Below are positions 23,901 through 37,800 of a stretch of DNA of 64,000 nucleotides, in pieces. How positions within the stretch are numbered: the first letter of the stretch is position 1; each line of letters begins with the position of its first letter. The position numbers and the translations under genes were made by a program. Origin of the DNA: Eledone cirrhosa (taxonomy: Eukaryota); the NCBI GenBank assembly GCA_964016885.1, contig OZ024745.1:3596001-3660000 (forward strand). The letters are read 5' to 3'. Under the pieces are notes generated by a model. That model worked only from the letters and a program-made list of their open reading frames with translations. It was not told where the DNA came from and searched no databases.

Positions 23901-24819
23901 TCAAAATAAATAAAATTAAGCAACTTCAGGATTTTAAGGGAGGAAACTCTTCTCTCACTTTCAACTAATTTTATAAATAGATTTATCTCCCGGTTATAAG
24001 GAATATTTTATCGTTGGTTTATAGAAAATTACTTTGTAAAGTAGGAAAATATTTTCTTCTCTCACACACTCTCTTACATCATCAGCAAATGCTCAGTATC
24101 CATAGCCATTCCTGCACATATATATAGATATAAAAGACTACAGGGTAGACATGGACTCTGTAAGTCATGGAGAAGCCTGTCTAGGAGAGTAGTTACTATA
24201 TAAGCCATACTGAAGACAGCACATCTAGAAGAGCAGTTTATCAAAATAAATAAGACTGTATGGGATAGACGTGGATGGTGTAGGTGATAGTAAGCCATCT
24301 AAGAGAGCAATCACTGTAAATTAAAACACAGTAGAGAGGAGGAGTTTTCAGTCTTGTCAGACTGTTTTTTCCACTGATTAATTTTACCTCTATATACAGA
24401 AGGGTTCTAGGATCTTTGTTTCATTTACACCGTCTAATAAAGTAACGTACACACTACTTTAATACAAGACTGAATTATCCATTTAATGAAATCACTTAAC
24501 TTTGAACTCTACAAAATACTTCAGCAATGCTGGTATAGTCACTGCCTCCATCCCTCTTATTCTCCCCATCTTTCACTATTATATGCAAATGGGGGCCCAT
24601 GGTCTGGCTACTCCATGGCCCCAGTGGACAGAATAGAGAAGGTGTTTCCCTGAAGGAGGGTGCTTTGGAAGAGCCACATCTGCAGGTAGCCAACTGCATG
24701 CTGATGGTAGTGAATAGGGAGGTGGACCTAGGGCCAAGGACACCAGGTTGGTGGCACAATATAATGTACGCAGTCCATGATAGGAAAAACAACCCTGCCA
24801 AAAATTATGGACTGCACAA

Positions 24820-25013
24820 GAGCCACACTGTAAATGTGGTTGGTGTTAGGAAGGGCATTCAGCTGTAAAATCCTCAGCCAAATTTACCGTCTCGTCGGGG
24901 CAAGGTACGGCATGTCCAATTCTGGCCAGATTTGTCTCTCGACGTTGACAACCAGTCTAACCCATGCAAGCATGGGAAAATGAACACAAAACAGTGATAA
25001 AATAATGATAATG
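24820..25013 (+). mobile_element. Diverged RTE/SINE 3' tail
   Basis: CCACACTGTAAATGTGGTTGGTGTTAGGAAGGGCATTCAGCTGTAAAA...CCCATGCAAGCATGG plus a decayed GAT tail. May extend upstream to ~24500. Confidence 0.75.
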
Positions 25014-25039
25014 AATACAATAAAGTAAACATTACTTAC

Positions 25040-25130
25040 TTTTTAATTTTTCAATCTGCATAAGAGCTTTGTCAGTATATTTTTGTGCTTTGTCCATGTA
25101 GCCGGCCTGCATGGAATGCATCACTGTAAC
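25040..25130 (-). CDS. MAU2: MAU2 internal exon, 91 nt, phase 0/1
   Basis: CTCCTTCTTCAG|GTT...AAAA|GTAAGT. Encodes [30 protein letters not shown], versus human [30 protein letters not shown] as recalled. Absent from the ORF track. Confidence 0.96.
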
Positions 25131-25429
25131 CTGAAGAAGGAGATAACAACATAAGATATATACAGAGTTGATATAGTCATTGTTTGGTGTGTCTGTATAT
25201 CAAGGAAGACGCTGACATCTGGAGTATCAATGTTAATAATAATATCGAGGTACATAACTACTATTGATTAGTCACTATATTGATTTATCATGATCAATCA
25301 ACCTTCTGTAACGATTGTAAAACAAACTGATTAAGCACTAAACTTGTTATCATGACAACCACTTATTTACTTTCTATCGCTATGTGTTGGATATACAAGA
25401 TGCAGGCCTCCAGCTCCACTTGAGTCTGT

Positions 25430-25496
25430 GAAAGCTCATCCAACCCTTGCTAGCAGATATTAAACAATGATAATGATGATGACGATGATGATGATA
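25430..25496 (+). mobile_element. Short RTE/SINE tail remnant
   Basis: CATCCAACCCTTGCTAGCAG...AATGATAATGATGATGACGATGATGATG. Confidence 0.55.
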
Positions 25497-25556
25497 AAGA
25501 CTAAATATTTGAGTTCAATTGTGTATGTATCAAATATAATTTCTAATCATACTTAC

Positions 25557-25630
25557 AAGGTAAACTAAGACACACATATGTTCTTTTGGTAACCACTGGA
25601 ACTGGTCTATCTGGTTGCTAGAAAGAGGTT
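25557..25630 (-). CDS. MAU2: MAU2 internal exon, 74 nt, phase 1/0
   Basis: TTTTCTGATTTTCAG|AA...CTT|GTAAGT. Encodes (E)PLSSNQIDQFQWLPKEHMCVLVYL, versus human EILPSNPADLFHWLPKEHMCVLVYL as recalled. Confidence 0.95.
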
Positions 25631-25867
25631 CTGAAAATCAGAAAACAAGTCGTCAAAAAAAAACTTCCGATACTTTGAAATTCTTGTACAACATGAAAAT
25701 ATTTTTTTATATTTTAAAATATATTTTGTTAATACTTTATTTTCCATCCGATATGGTTTGATAAATAATTCATTTCAATTCTATGACACTGAACACAAAG
25801 AATTCCAATGGTTTTGATGAATAGAGCACAGTTTAGGTGAAGAAAATATTAAAGTTTTGTGATGTAG

Positions 25868-28800
25868 TGACTTAAGGTAGTTCAATGTATTGATGGAAAG
25901 AAGTAGTTGAGATCTAACTTAAGCTAGTTCAATGTAGTGATGGGAAGAAGTAGGTTAGATATGACTTAAGCTAGTTCAATGTAGTGATGGGAAGAAGTAG
26001 TTTAGATATGACTTAAGGTAGTTCAATGTAGTGATGGGAAGAAGTAGTTTAGATCTGACTTAAGGTAGTTCAATGTAGTGATGGGAAGTAGTAGTTTAGA
26101 TCTAGCTTAAGGTAGTTCAATGTAGTGATGGGAAGAAGTAGTTTAGATCTAATTTAAGGTAGTTCAATGAAACTGATGGGAAGAAGTAGTTTAGATCTGA
26201 CAACGTAGTTCAATGTAGTGATGGGAAGAAGTAGTTTAGATCTAACTTAAGGTAGTTCAATGTAGTGATGGGAAGAAGTAGTTTAGATCTAACTTAAGAT
26301 AGTTCAATGTAGTGATGGGAAGAAGGAGTTTATATCTAACTTAAGGTAGTTCAATGTAGTGATGGGAAGAAGTAGTTAGATCTGACTTAAGGTAGTTCAA
26401 TGTAGTGATGGGAAGAAGTAGTTTAGATCTGACTTAAGGTAGTTCAATGTATTGATGGAAAGAAGTAGTTGAGATCTAACTTAAGCTAGTTCAATGTAGT
26501 GATGGGAAGAAGTAGGTTAGATATGACTTAAGCTAGTTCAATGTAGTGATGGGAAGAAGTAGTTTAGATATGACTTAAGGTAGTTCAATGTAGTGATGGG
26601 AAGAAGTAGTTAGATCTGACTTAAGGTAGTTCAATGTAGTGATGGGAAGAAGTAGTTAGATCTGACTTAAGGTAGTTCAATGTAGTGATGGGAAGAAGTA
26701 GTTAGATCTGAATTAAGGTAGTTCAATTTAGTGATGGGAAAAAGGAGTTTATATCTTACTTAAGGTAGTTCAATGTAGTGATGGGAAGTAGTTTAGATCT
26801 AACTTAAGGTAGTTCAATGTAGTGATGGGAAGAAGTAGTTTCGATCTAACTTAAGATGTAGTGATGGGAAGAAGTGGTTACATCTGACTTAAGATAGTTC
26901 AATGTAGTGATGGGAAGAAGTAGGTAAGATCTAACTTAAGATTGTTCAATGTAGTGATGGGAAGAAGTAGTTAGATCTGACTTAAGGTAGTTCAATGTAG
27001 TGATGCGAGGAAGTAGTTTAGATCTGACTTAAGATAGTTCAATGTAGTGATGGGAAGAAGTAGTTTAGATCTAACTTAAGGTAGTTCAATGTAGTGATGG
27101 GAAGTAGTTTAGATCTGACTTAAGGTAGTTCAATGTAGTGATGGGAAGAAGCAGTTTAGATCCGACTTAAGATAGTTCAATGTAATGATGGAAAGAAGTA
27201 GTTAGATCTAACTTAAGGTAGTTCAATGTAGTGATGGGAAGAAGCAGTTTAGATCTGACTTAAGGTAGTTCAATGTAGTGATGGGAAGAAGTAGATGGAT
27301 CTGACTTAAGATAGTTCAATGTAATGACGGAAAGAAGTAGTTAGATCTAACTTAAGGTAGTTCAATAAACTGATGGGAAGAAGCAGTTTAGATCTGACAA
27401 CGTAGTTCAATGTAGTGATGGGAACAAGTAGTTTAGATCTGACTTAAGGTAGTTCAATGTAGTGATGGGAAGAAGTAGATAGATCTGACTTAAGATAGTT
27501 CAATGTAATGACGGAAAGAAGTAGTTAGATCTAACTTAAGGTAGTTCAATAAACTGATGGGAAGAAGCAGTTTAGATCTGACAACGTAGTTCAATGGAGT
27601 GATGGGAAGAAGTAGTTAGATCTGACTTAAGGTAGTTCAATGTAGTGGTGGGAAGTAGTAGTTTAGATCTACCTTAAGGTAGTTTAATGTAGTAATGGGA
27701 AGTAGTAGTTTAGATCTACCTTAAGGTAGTTCAATGTAGTGATGGGAAGTAGTAGTTTAGATCTACCTTAAGGTAGTTCAATGTAGTGATGGGAAGAAGT
27801 AGTTTAGATCTAACTTAAGATTGTTCAATGTAGTGATGGGAAGAAGTAGTTTAGTTCTAACTTAAGGTAGTTCAATAAACTGATGGGAAGAAGTAGTTTA
27901 GATCTGACAACGTAGTTCAATGTAGTGATAGGAAGAAGTAGTTGAGATCTGACTTAAGGTAGTTCAATGTAGTAATGGGAAGAAGGAGTTTATATCTAAC
28001 TTAAGGTAGTTCAATGTAGTGATGGGAAGAAGTATTTAGATCTGACTTAAGGTAGTTCAATGTAGTGATGGGAAGAAGTAGTTTAGATCTGACTTAAGGT
28101 AGTTCAATGTAGTGATGGGAAGAAGTAGTTTAGATCTAACTTAAGGTAGTTCAATGTAGTGATGGGAAGAAGTAGTTTTGATCTGACTTAAGATAGTTCA
28201 ATGTAGTCATGGGAAGAAGTAGTTTAGATCTGAGTTAAGATAGTTCAATGTAGTGATGGGAAGAAGTAGTTTAGATCTGACGTAAGGTAGTTCAATGTAG
28301 TGATGGGAAGAAGTAGATAGATCTGACTTACGATAGTTCAATGTAGTGATCGGAAAAAGTAGTTTAGATCTAACTTAAGGTAGTTCAATGTAGTGATGGG
28401 AAGAAGTAGTTCAGATCTGACTTAAGATAGTTCAATGTAATGATGGAAAGAAGTAGTTAGATCTAACTTAAGGTAGTTCAATGTAGTGATGGGAAGTAGT
28501 TTAGATCCGACTTAAGGTAGTTCAATGTAGTGATGGGAAGAAGTAGTTTAGATCTAACTTAAGGTAGTTCAATAAACTGATGGGAAGAAGCGGTTTAGAT
28601 CTGACAACGTAGTTCAATGGAGTGATGGGAAGAAGTAGTTAGATCTGACTTAAGGTAGTTCAATGTAGTGGTGGGAAGTAGTAGTTTAGATCTACCTTAA
28701 GGTAGTTTAATGTAGTGATGGGAAGAAGTAGTTTAGATCTAACTTAAGATGTAGTGATGGGAAGAAGTAGTTAGATCTGACTTAAGATTGTTCAATGTAG

Positions 28801-31800
28801 TGATGGGAAGAAGTAGTTTAGATCTAACTTAAGGTAGTTCAATGTAGTGATGGGAAGTAGTAGTTTAGATCTACCTTAAGGTAGTTCAATGTAGTGATGG
28901 GAAGAAGTAGTTTAGATCTAACTTAAGGTAGTTCAATGTAGTGATGGGAAGAAGTAGTTTAGATCTAACTTAAGATGTAGTGATGGGAAGAAGTAGTTAG
29001 ATCTGACTTAAGATTGTTCAATGTAGTGATGGGAAGAAGTAGTTTAGATCTAACTTAAGGTAGTTCAATGTAGTGATGGGAAGAAGTAGTTTAGATCTGA
29101 CTTAAGGTAGTTCAATGTAGTGATGGGAAGAAGTAGTTAGATCTGACTTAAGGTAGTTCAATGTAGTGATGGGAAGAAGTAGTTTAGATCTGACAACGTA
29201 GTTCAATGTAGTGATAGGAAAAAGTAGTTAGATCTGACTTAATGTAGTGATGGGAACAAGTAGTTTAGATCTAACTTAAGGTAGTTCAATGTAGTGATGA
29301 GAAGAAGTAGTTTAGATCTGACTTAAGGTAGTTCAATGTAATGATGGGAAGAAGTAGTTTAGATCTGACTTAAGATAGTTCAATGTAGTCATGGGAAGAA
29401 GTAGTTTAGATCTAACTTAAGGTCGTTCAATAAACTGATGGGAAGAAGTAATTTAGATCTGACAACGTAGTTCAATGTAATGATGGGAAGAAGTAGTTTA
29501 AATCTAACTTAAGGTAGTTCAATGTAGTGATGGGAAGAAGTAGTTAGATCTGACTTAAGGTAGTTCAATGTAGTGATGGGAGGAAGTAGTTTAGATCTGA
29601 CTTAAGATAGTTCAATGTAGTGATGGGAAGAAGTAGTTTAGATCTAACTTAAGGTAGTTCAATAAACTGATGGGAAGAAGTAGTTTAGATCTGACAACGT
29701 AGTTCAATGTAGTGATAGGAAGAAGTAGTTGAGATCTGACTTAAGGTAGTTCAATGTAGTAATGGGAAGAAGCAGTTTATATCTAACTTAAGGTAGTTCA
29801 ATGTAGTGATGGGAAGAAGTAGTTAGATCTGACTTAAGGTAGTTCAATGTAGTGATGGGAAGAAGTAGTTTAGATCTGACTTAAGGTAGTTCAATGTAGT
29901 GATGGGAAGAAGTAGTTTAGATCTGAATTAAGGTAGTTCAATTTAGTGATGGGAAAAAGGAGTTTATATCTAACTTAAGGTAGTTCAATGTAGTGATGGG
30001 AAGAAGTAGTTTAGATCTGACTTAAGGTAGTTCAATGTAGTGATGGGAAGAAGTAGTTTAGATCTGAATTAAGGTAGTTCAATGTAGTGATGGGAAGAAG
30101 TAGTTTAGATCTGACTTAAGGTAGTTCAATGTAGTGATGGGAAGAAGTAGTTAGATCTGACTTAAGGTAGTTCAATGTAGTGATGGGAAGAAGTAGTTTA
30201 GATCTGACTTAAGGTAGTTCAATGTAGTGATGGGAAAAAGGAGTTTAGATCTGAATTAAGGTAGTTCAATGTAGTGATGGGAAGAAGTAGTTAGATCTGA
30301 CTTAAGGTAGTTCAATGTAGTGATGGGAAGAAGTAGTTTAGATCTGAATTAAGGTAGTTCAATGTAGTGATGGGAAAAAGGAGTTTATATCTTACTTAAG
30401 GTAGTTCAATGTAGTGATGGGAAGAAGTAGTTTAGATCTGACTTAAGGTAGTTCAATGTAGTGATGGGAAGAAGTAGTTTAGATCTGAATTAAGGTAGTT
30501 CAATTTAGTGATGGGAAAAAGGAGTTTATATCTTACTTAAGGTAGTTCAATGTAGTGATGGGAAGAAGTAGTTTCGATCTAACTTAAGATGTAGTGATGG
30601 GAAGGAGTAGTTACATCTGACTTAAGATAGTTCAATGTAGTGATGGGAAGAAGTAGTTAAGATCTAACTTAAGATTGTTCAATGTAGTGATGGGAAGAAG
30701 TAGTTAGATCTGACTTAAGGTAGTTCAATGTAGTGATGGGAAGAAGTAGTTTAGATCTAACTTAAGGTAGTTCAATGTAGTGATGGGAAGTAGTTTAGAT
30801 CTGACTTAAGGTAGTTCAATGTAGTGATGGGAAGAAGCAGTTTAGATCCGACTTAAGATAGTTCAATGTAATGATGGAAAGAAGTAGTTAGATCTAACTT
30901 AAGGTAGTTCAATGTAGTGATGGGAAGAAGCAGTTTAGATCTGACTTAAGGTAGTTCAATGTAGTGATGGGAAGAAGTAGTTTAGATCTGACGTAAGGTA
31001 GTTCAATGTAATGATGGGAAGAAGTAGTTTAGATCTGATTTAGTTCAATGTAGTCATGGGAAGAAGTAGTTTAGATCTAACTTAAGGTAGTTCAATGTAG
31101 TGATGGGAAGAAGCAGTTTAGATCTGACTTAAGGTAGTTCAATGTAGTGATGGGAAGAAGCAGTTTAGATCTGACTTAAGGTAGTTCAATGTAGTGATGG
31201 GAAGAAGTAGTTTAGATCTGACAACGTAGTTCAATGTAGTGATGGGAAGAAGCAGTTTAGATCTAACTTAAGGTAGTTCAATGTAGTGGTGGGAAGTAGT
31301 AGTTTAGATCTAACTTAAGGTAGTTCAATGTAGTAATGAGAAGAAGTAGTTTAGATCTGACTTAAGGTAGTTCAATGTAATGATGGGAAGAAGTAGATAG
31401 ATCTGACTTACGATAGTTCAATGTAGTGATCGGAAAAAGTAGTTTAGATCTAACTGAAGGTAGTTCAATGTAGTGATGGAAAGAAGGAGTTTAGATCTGA
31501 CAACGTTGTTCAATGTAGTGATCGGAAAAAGTAGTTTAGATCTAACTTAAGGTAGTTCAATGTCGTGATGGGAAGTAGTTTAGATCTGACAACGTTGTTC
31601 AATGTAGTGATGGGAAGAAGTAGTTTAGATCTGACAACGTAGTTCAATGTAGTGATAGGAAAAAGTAGTTAGATCTGACTTAATGTAGTGATGGGAACAA
31701 GTAGTTTAGATCTAACTTAAGGTAGTTCAATGTAGTGATGAGAAGAAGTAGTTTAGATCTGACTTAAGGTAGTTCAATGTAATGATGGGAAGAAGTAGTT

Positions 31801-34800
31801 TAGATCTGACTTAAGATAGTTCAATGTAGTCATGGGAAGAAGTAGTTTAGATCTAACTTAAGGTCGTTCAATAAACTGATGGGAAGAAGTAATTTAGATC
31901 TGACAACGTAGTTCAATGTAATGATAGGAAGAAGTAGTTTAAATCTAACTTAAGGTAGTTCAATGTAGTGATGGGAAGAAGTAGTTAGATCTGACTTAAG
32001 GTAGTTCAATGTAGTGATGGGAGGAAGTAGTTTAGATCTGACTTAAGATAGTTCAATGTAGTGATGGGAAGAAGTAGTTTAGATCTAACTTAAGGTAGTT
32101 GAATGTAGTGATGGGAAGTAGTTTAGATCTGACTTAAGATAGTTCAATGTAGTGATGGGAAGAAGTAGTTTAGATCTAACTTAAGAAAGTTCAATGTAGT
32201 GATGGGAAGAAGTAGTTTAGATCTAACTTAAGGTAGTTCAATGTAGTGATGGGAAGAAGTAGTTTAGATCTAACTTAAGGTAGTTCAATAAACTGATGGG
32301 AAGAAGTAGTTTAGATCTGACTTAAGGTAGTTCAATGTAGTGATGGGAAGAAGTAGTTTAGATCTGACTTAAGGTAGTTCAATGTAGTGATGGGAAGAAG
32401 TAGTTTAGATCTGACTTAAGGTAGTTCAATGTAATGATGGGAAGAAGTAGTTTAGATCTCACTTAAGGTAGTTCAATGTAGTGATGGGAAGAAGTAGTTT
32501 AGATCTGACTTAAGGTAGTTCAATGTAGTGATGGGAAGAAGTAGGTTAGATCTAACTTAAGGTAGTTCAATGTAGTGATGGGAAGAAGTAGTTTAGATCT
32601 GACTTAAGGTAGTTCAATGTAATGATGGGAAGAAGTAGTTTAGATCTGACTTAAGGTAGTTCAATGTAGTGATGGGAAGTAGTAGTTTAAATCTGACTTA
32701 AGGTAGTTCAATGTAGTGATGGGAAGAAGTAGTTTAGATCTGACTTAAGGTAGTTCAATGTAGTGATGGGAAGAAGTAGTTTAGATCTGACTTAAGGTAG
32801 TTCAATGTAGTGATGGGAAGAAGTAGTTTAGATCTGACTTAAGGTAGTTCAATGTAGTGATGGAAAGTAGTAGTTAGATCTAACTTAAGGTAGTTCAATG
32901 TAGTGATGGGAAGAAGTAGTTTATATCTAACTTAAGGTAGTTCAATGTAGTGATGGGAAGAAGTAGTTTAGATCTGACTTAATGTAGTTCAATGTAGTGA
33001 TGGGAAGAAGTAGTTTAGATCTGAATTAAGGTAGTTCAATGTAGTGATGGGAAGAAGTAGTTTAGATCTGACGTAAGGTAGTTCAATGTAGTGATGGGAA
33101 GAAGTAGGTTAGATCTAACTTAAGGTAGTTCAATGTAGTGATGGGAAGAAGTAGTTTAGATCTGACGTAAGGTAGTTCAATTTAGTGATGGGAAAAAGGA
33201 GTTTATATCTTACTTAAGGTAGTTCAATGTAGTGATGGGAAGAAGTAGTTTAGATCTGAATTAAGGTAGTTCAATGTAGTGATGGGAAGAAGTAGTTTAG
33301 ATCTGAATTAAGGTAGTTCAATGTAGTGATGGGAAGAAGTAGTTTAGATCTGACGTAAGGTAGTTCAATTTAGTGATGGGAAAAAGGAGTTTATATCTTA
33401 CTTAAGGTAGTTCAATGTAGTGATGGGAAGAAGTAGTTTAGATCTGACTTAAGGTAGTTCAATGTAGTGATGGGAAGAAGTAGTTTCGATCTGACTTAAG
33501 GTAGTTCAATTTAGTGATGGGAAGAAGTAATTTAGATCTGAATTAAGGTAGTTCAATTTAGTGATGGGAAAAAGGAGTTTATATCTTACTTAAGGTAGTT
33601 CAATGTAGTGATGGGAAGCAGCAGTTTAGATCTGACTTAAGATGTAGTGATGGGAGGAAGTAGTTTAGATCTGACTTAAGATAGTTCAATGTAGTGATGG
33701 GAAGAAGTAGTTTAGATCTAACTTAAGGTAGTTCAATGTAGTGATGGGAAGAAGCAGTTTAGATCTGACTTAAGGTAGTTCAATGTAGTGATGGGAAGTA
33801 GTTTAGATCTGACTTAAGGTAGTTCAATGTAGTGATGGGAAGTAGTTTAGATCTGACTTAAGGTAGTTCAATGTAGTGATGGGAAGAAGTAGTTTAGAAC
33901 TAACTTAAGATAGTTCAATGTAGTGATGGGAAGAAGTAGTTTAGATCTGACAACGTAGTTCAATGTAATGATGGGAAGAAGTAGTTTAAATCTAACTTAA
34001 GATAATTAAATGTAGTGATGGGAAGAAGTAGTTAGATCTGACTTAAGGTAGTTCAATGTAGTGATGCGAGGAAGTAGTTTAGATCTGACTTATGGTAGTT
34101 CAATGTAGTGATGGGAAGAAGTAGTTTAGATCTAACTTAAGGTAGTTCAATGTAGTGATGGGAAGTAGTAGTTTAGATCTAACTTAAGATAGTTCAATGT
34201 AGTGATGGGAAGAAGCAGTTTAGATCTGACTTAAGGTAGTTCAATGTAGTGATGGGAAGAAGTAGTTTAGATCTGACGTAAGGTAGTTCGATGTAGTGAT
34301 GGGAAGAAGTAGTTTAGATCTGACGTAAGGTAGTTCAATGTAGTGATGGGAAGAAGCAGTTTAGATCTGACTTAAGGTAGTTCAATGTAGTGATGGGAAG
34401 AAGTAGTTTAGATCTGACGTAAGGTAGTTCGATGTAGTGATGGGAAGAAGTAGTTTAGATCTGACGTAAGTTAGTTCGATGTAGTGATGAGAAGAAGTAG
34501 TTTAGATCTGACTTAAGGTAGTTCAATGTAGTGATGGGAAGAAGTAGTTTAGATCTGACTTAAGGTAGTTCAATGTAGTGATGGGAAGAACCAGTTTAGA
34601 TCTGACTTAAGGTAGTTCAATGTAGTGATGAGAAGAAGTAGTTTAGATCTGACTTAAGGTAGTTCAATGTAATGATGGGAAGAAGTAGTTTAGATCTGAT
34701 TTAGTTCAATGTAGTCATGGGAAGAAGTAGTTTAGATCTAACTTAAGGTAGTTCAATAAACTGATGGGAAGAAGTAGTTTAGATCTGACAACGTAGTTCA

Positions 34801-37800
34801 ATGTAATGATGGGAAGAAGTAGTTTAAATCTAACTTAAGATAATTAAATGTAGTGATGGGAAGAAGTAGTTAGATCTGACTTAAGGTAGTTCAATGTAGT
34901 GATGCGAGGAAGTAGTTTAGATCTGACTTATGGTAGTTCAATGTAGTGATGGGAAGAAGTAGTTTAGATCTAACTTAAGGTAGTTCAATGTAGTGATAGG
35001 AAGAAGTAGTTGAGATCTGACTTAAGGTAGTTCAATGTAGTAATGGGAAGAAGCAGTTTATATCTAACTTAAGGTAGTTCAATGTAGTGATGGGAAGAAG
35101 TAGTTAGATTTGACTTAAGGTAGTTCAATGTAGTGATGGGAAGAAGTAGTTTAGATCTGACTTAAGGTAGTTCAATGTAGTGATGGGAAGAAGTAGTTTA
35201 GATCTGAATTAAGGTATTTCAATTTAGTGATGGGAAAAAGGAGTTTATATCTAACTTAAGGTAGTTCAATGTAGTGATGGGAAGAAGTAGTTTAGATCTG
35301 ATTTAGTTCAATGTAGTCATGGGAAGAAGTAGTTTAGATCTAACTTAAGGTAGTTCAATAAACTGATGGGAAGAAGTAGTTTAGATCTGACAACGTAGTT
35401 CAATGTAATGATGGGAAGAAGTAGTTTAAATCTAACTTAAGATAATTAAATGTAGTGATGGGAAGAAGCAGTTTAGATCCGACTTAAGATAGTTCAATGT
35501 AATGATGGAAAGAAGTAGTTAGATCTAACTTAAGGTAGTTCAATGTAGTGATGGGAAGAAGCAGTTTAGATCTGACTTAAGGTAGTTCAATGTAGTGATG
35601 GGAAGAAGTAGTTTAGATCTGACGTAAGGTAGTTCAATGTAATGATGGGAAGAAGTAGTTTAGATCTGATTTAGTTCAATGTAGTCATGGGAAGAAGTAG
35701 TTTAGATCTAACTTAAGGTAGTTCAATGTAGTGATGGGAAGAAGCAGTTTAGATCTGACTTAAGGTAGTTCAATGTAGTGATGGGAAGAAGCATTTTAGA
35801 TCTGACTTAAGGTAGTTCAATGTAGTGATGGGAAGAAGTAGTTTAGATCTGACAACGTAGTTCAATGTAGTGATGGGAAGAAGCAGTTTAGATCTAACTT
35901 AAGGTAGTTCAATGTAGTGGTGGGAAGTAGTAGTTTAGATCTAACTTAAGGTAGTTCAATGTAGTGATGAGAAGAAGTAGTTTAGATCTGACAACGTAGT
36001 TCAATGTAGTGATGGGAAGAAGCAGTTTAGATCTAACTTAAGGTAGTTCAATGTAGTGGTGGGAAGTAGTAGTTTAGATCTAACTTAAGGTAGTTCAATG
36101 TAGTGATGAGAAGAAGTAGTTTAGATCTGACTTCAGGTAGTTCAATGTAATGATGGGAAGAAGTAGTTGAGATCTGACTTATGGTAGTTCAATGTAGTGA
36201 TGGGAAGAAGTAGTTTAGATCTAACTTAAGGTAGTTCAATGTAGTGATAGGAAGAAGTAGTTGAGATCTGACTTAAGGTAGTTCAATGTAGTAATGGGAA
36301 GAAGCAGTTTATATCTAACTTAAGGTAGTTCAATGTAGTGATGGGAAGAAGTAGTTAGATCTGACTTAAGGTAGTTCAATGTAGTGATGGGAAGAAGTAG
36401 TTTAGATCTGACTTAAGGTAGTTCAATGTAGTGATGGGAAGAAGTAGTTTAGATCTGAATTAAGGTAGTTCAGTTTAGTGATGGGAAAAAGGAGTTTATA
36501 TCTAACTTAAGGTAGTTCAATGTAGTGATGGGAAGAAGTAGTTTAGATCTGATTTAGTTCAATGTAGTCATGGGAAGAAGTAGTTTAGATCTGACTTAAG
36601 GTAGTTCAATAAACTGATGGGAAGAAGTAGTTTAGATCTGACAACGTAGTTCAATGTAATGATGGGAAGAAGTAGTTTAAATCTAACTTAAGATAATTAA
36701 ATGTAGTGATGGGAAGAAGTAGTTAGATCTGACTTAAGGTAGTTCAATGTAGTGATGTGAGGAAGTAGTTTAGATCTGACTTAAGATAGTTCAATGTAGT
36801 GATGGGAAGAAGTAGATAGATCTGACGTAAGGTAGTTCAACGTAGTGATGGGAAGAAGTAGATAGATCTGACTTACGATAGTTCAATGTAGTTATCGGAA
36901 AAAGTAGTTTAGATCTAACTGAAGGTAGTTCAATGTAGTGATGGAAAGAAGGAGTTTAGATCTGACAACGTTGTTCAATGTAGTGATCGGAAAAAGTAGT
37001 TTAGATCTAACTTAAGGTAGTTCAATGTCGTGATGGGAAGTAGTTTAGATCTGACAACGTTGTTCAATGTAGTGATGGGAAGAAGTAGTTTAGATCTGAC
37101 AACGTAGTTCAATGTAGTGATAGGAAAAAGTAGTTAGATCTGACTTAATGTAGTGATGGGAACAAGTAGTTTAGATCTAACTTAAGGTAGTTCAATGTAG
37201 TGATGAGAAGAAGTAGTTTAGATCTGACTTAAGGTAGTTCAATGTAATGATGGGAAGAAGTAGTTTAGATCTGACTTAAGATAGTTCAATGTAGTCATGG
37301 GAAGAAGTAGTTTAGATCTAACTTAAGGTCGTTCAATAAACTGATGGGAAGAAGTAATTTAGATCTGACAACGTAGTTCAATGTAATGATGGGAAGAAGT
37401 AGTTTAAATCTAACTTAAGGTAGTTCAATGTAGTGATGGGAAGAAGTAGTTAGATCTGACTTAAGGTAGTTCAATGTAGTGATGGGAGGAAGTAGTTTAG
37501 ATCTGACTTAAGATAGTTCAATGTAGTGATGGGAAGAAGTAGTTTAGATCTAACTTAAGGTAGTTGAATGTAGTGATGGGAAGTAGTTTAGATCTGACTT
37601 AAGATAGTTCAATGTAGTGATGGGAAGAAGTAGTTTAGATCTAACTTAAGAAAGTTCAATGTAGTGATGGGAAGAAGTAGTTTAGATCTAACTTAAGGTA
37701 GTTCAATGTAGTGATGGGAAGAAGTAGTTTAGATCTAACTTAAGGTAGTTCAATAAACTGATGGGAAGAAGTAGTTTAGATCTGACTTAAGGTAGTTCAA

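Noticed and set aside
24074-24298. 74-aa ORF as an additional MAU2 coding exon
   Set aside because: The flanking exons already join in frame (KLK-M-LD) as in the orthologue; the peptide has no MAU2 similarity and the phase is incompatible.
25745-25765. Minus-strand QTIS peptide resembling the expected upstream MAU2 exon
   Set aside because: In-frame stops on both sides and no suitable splice sites; chance match.
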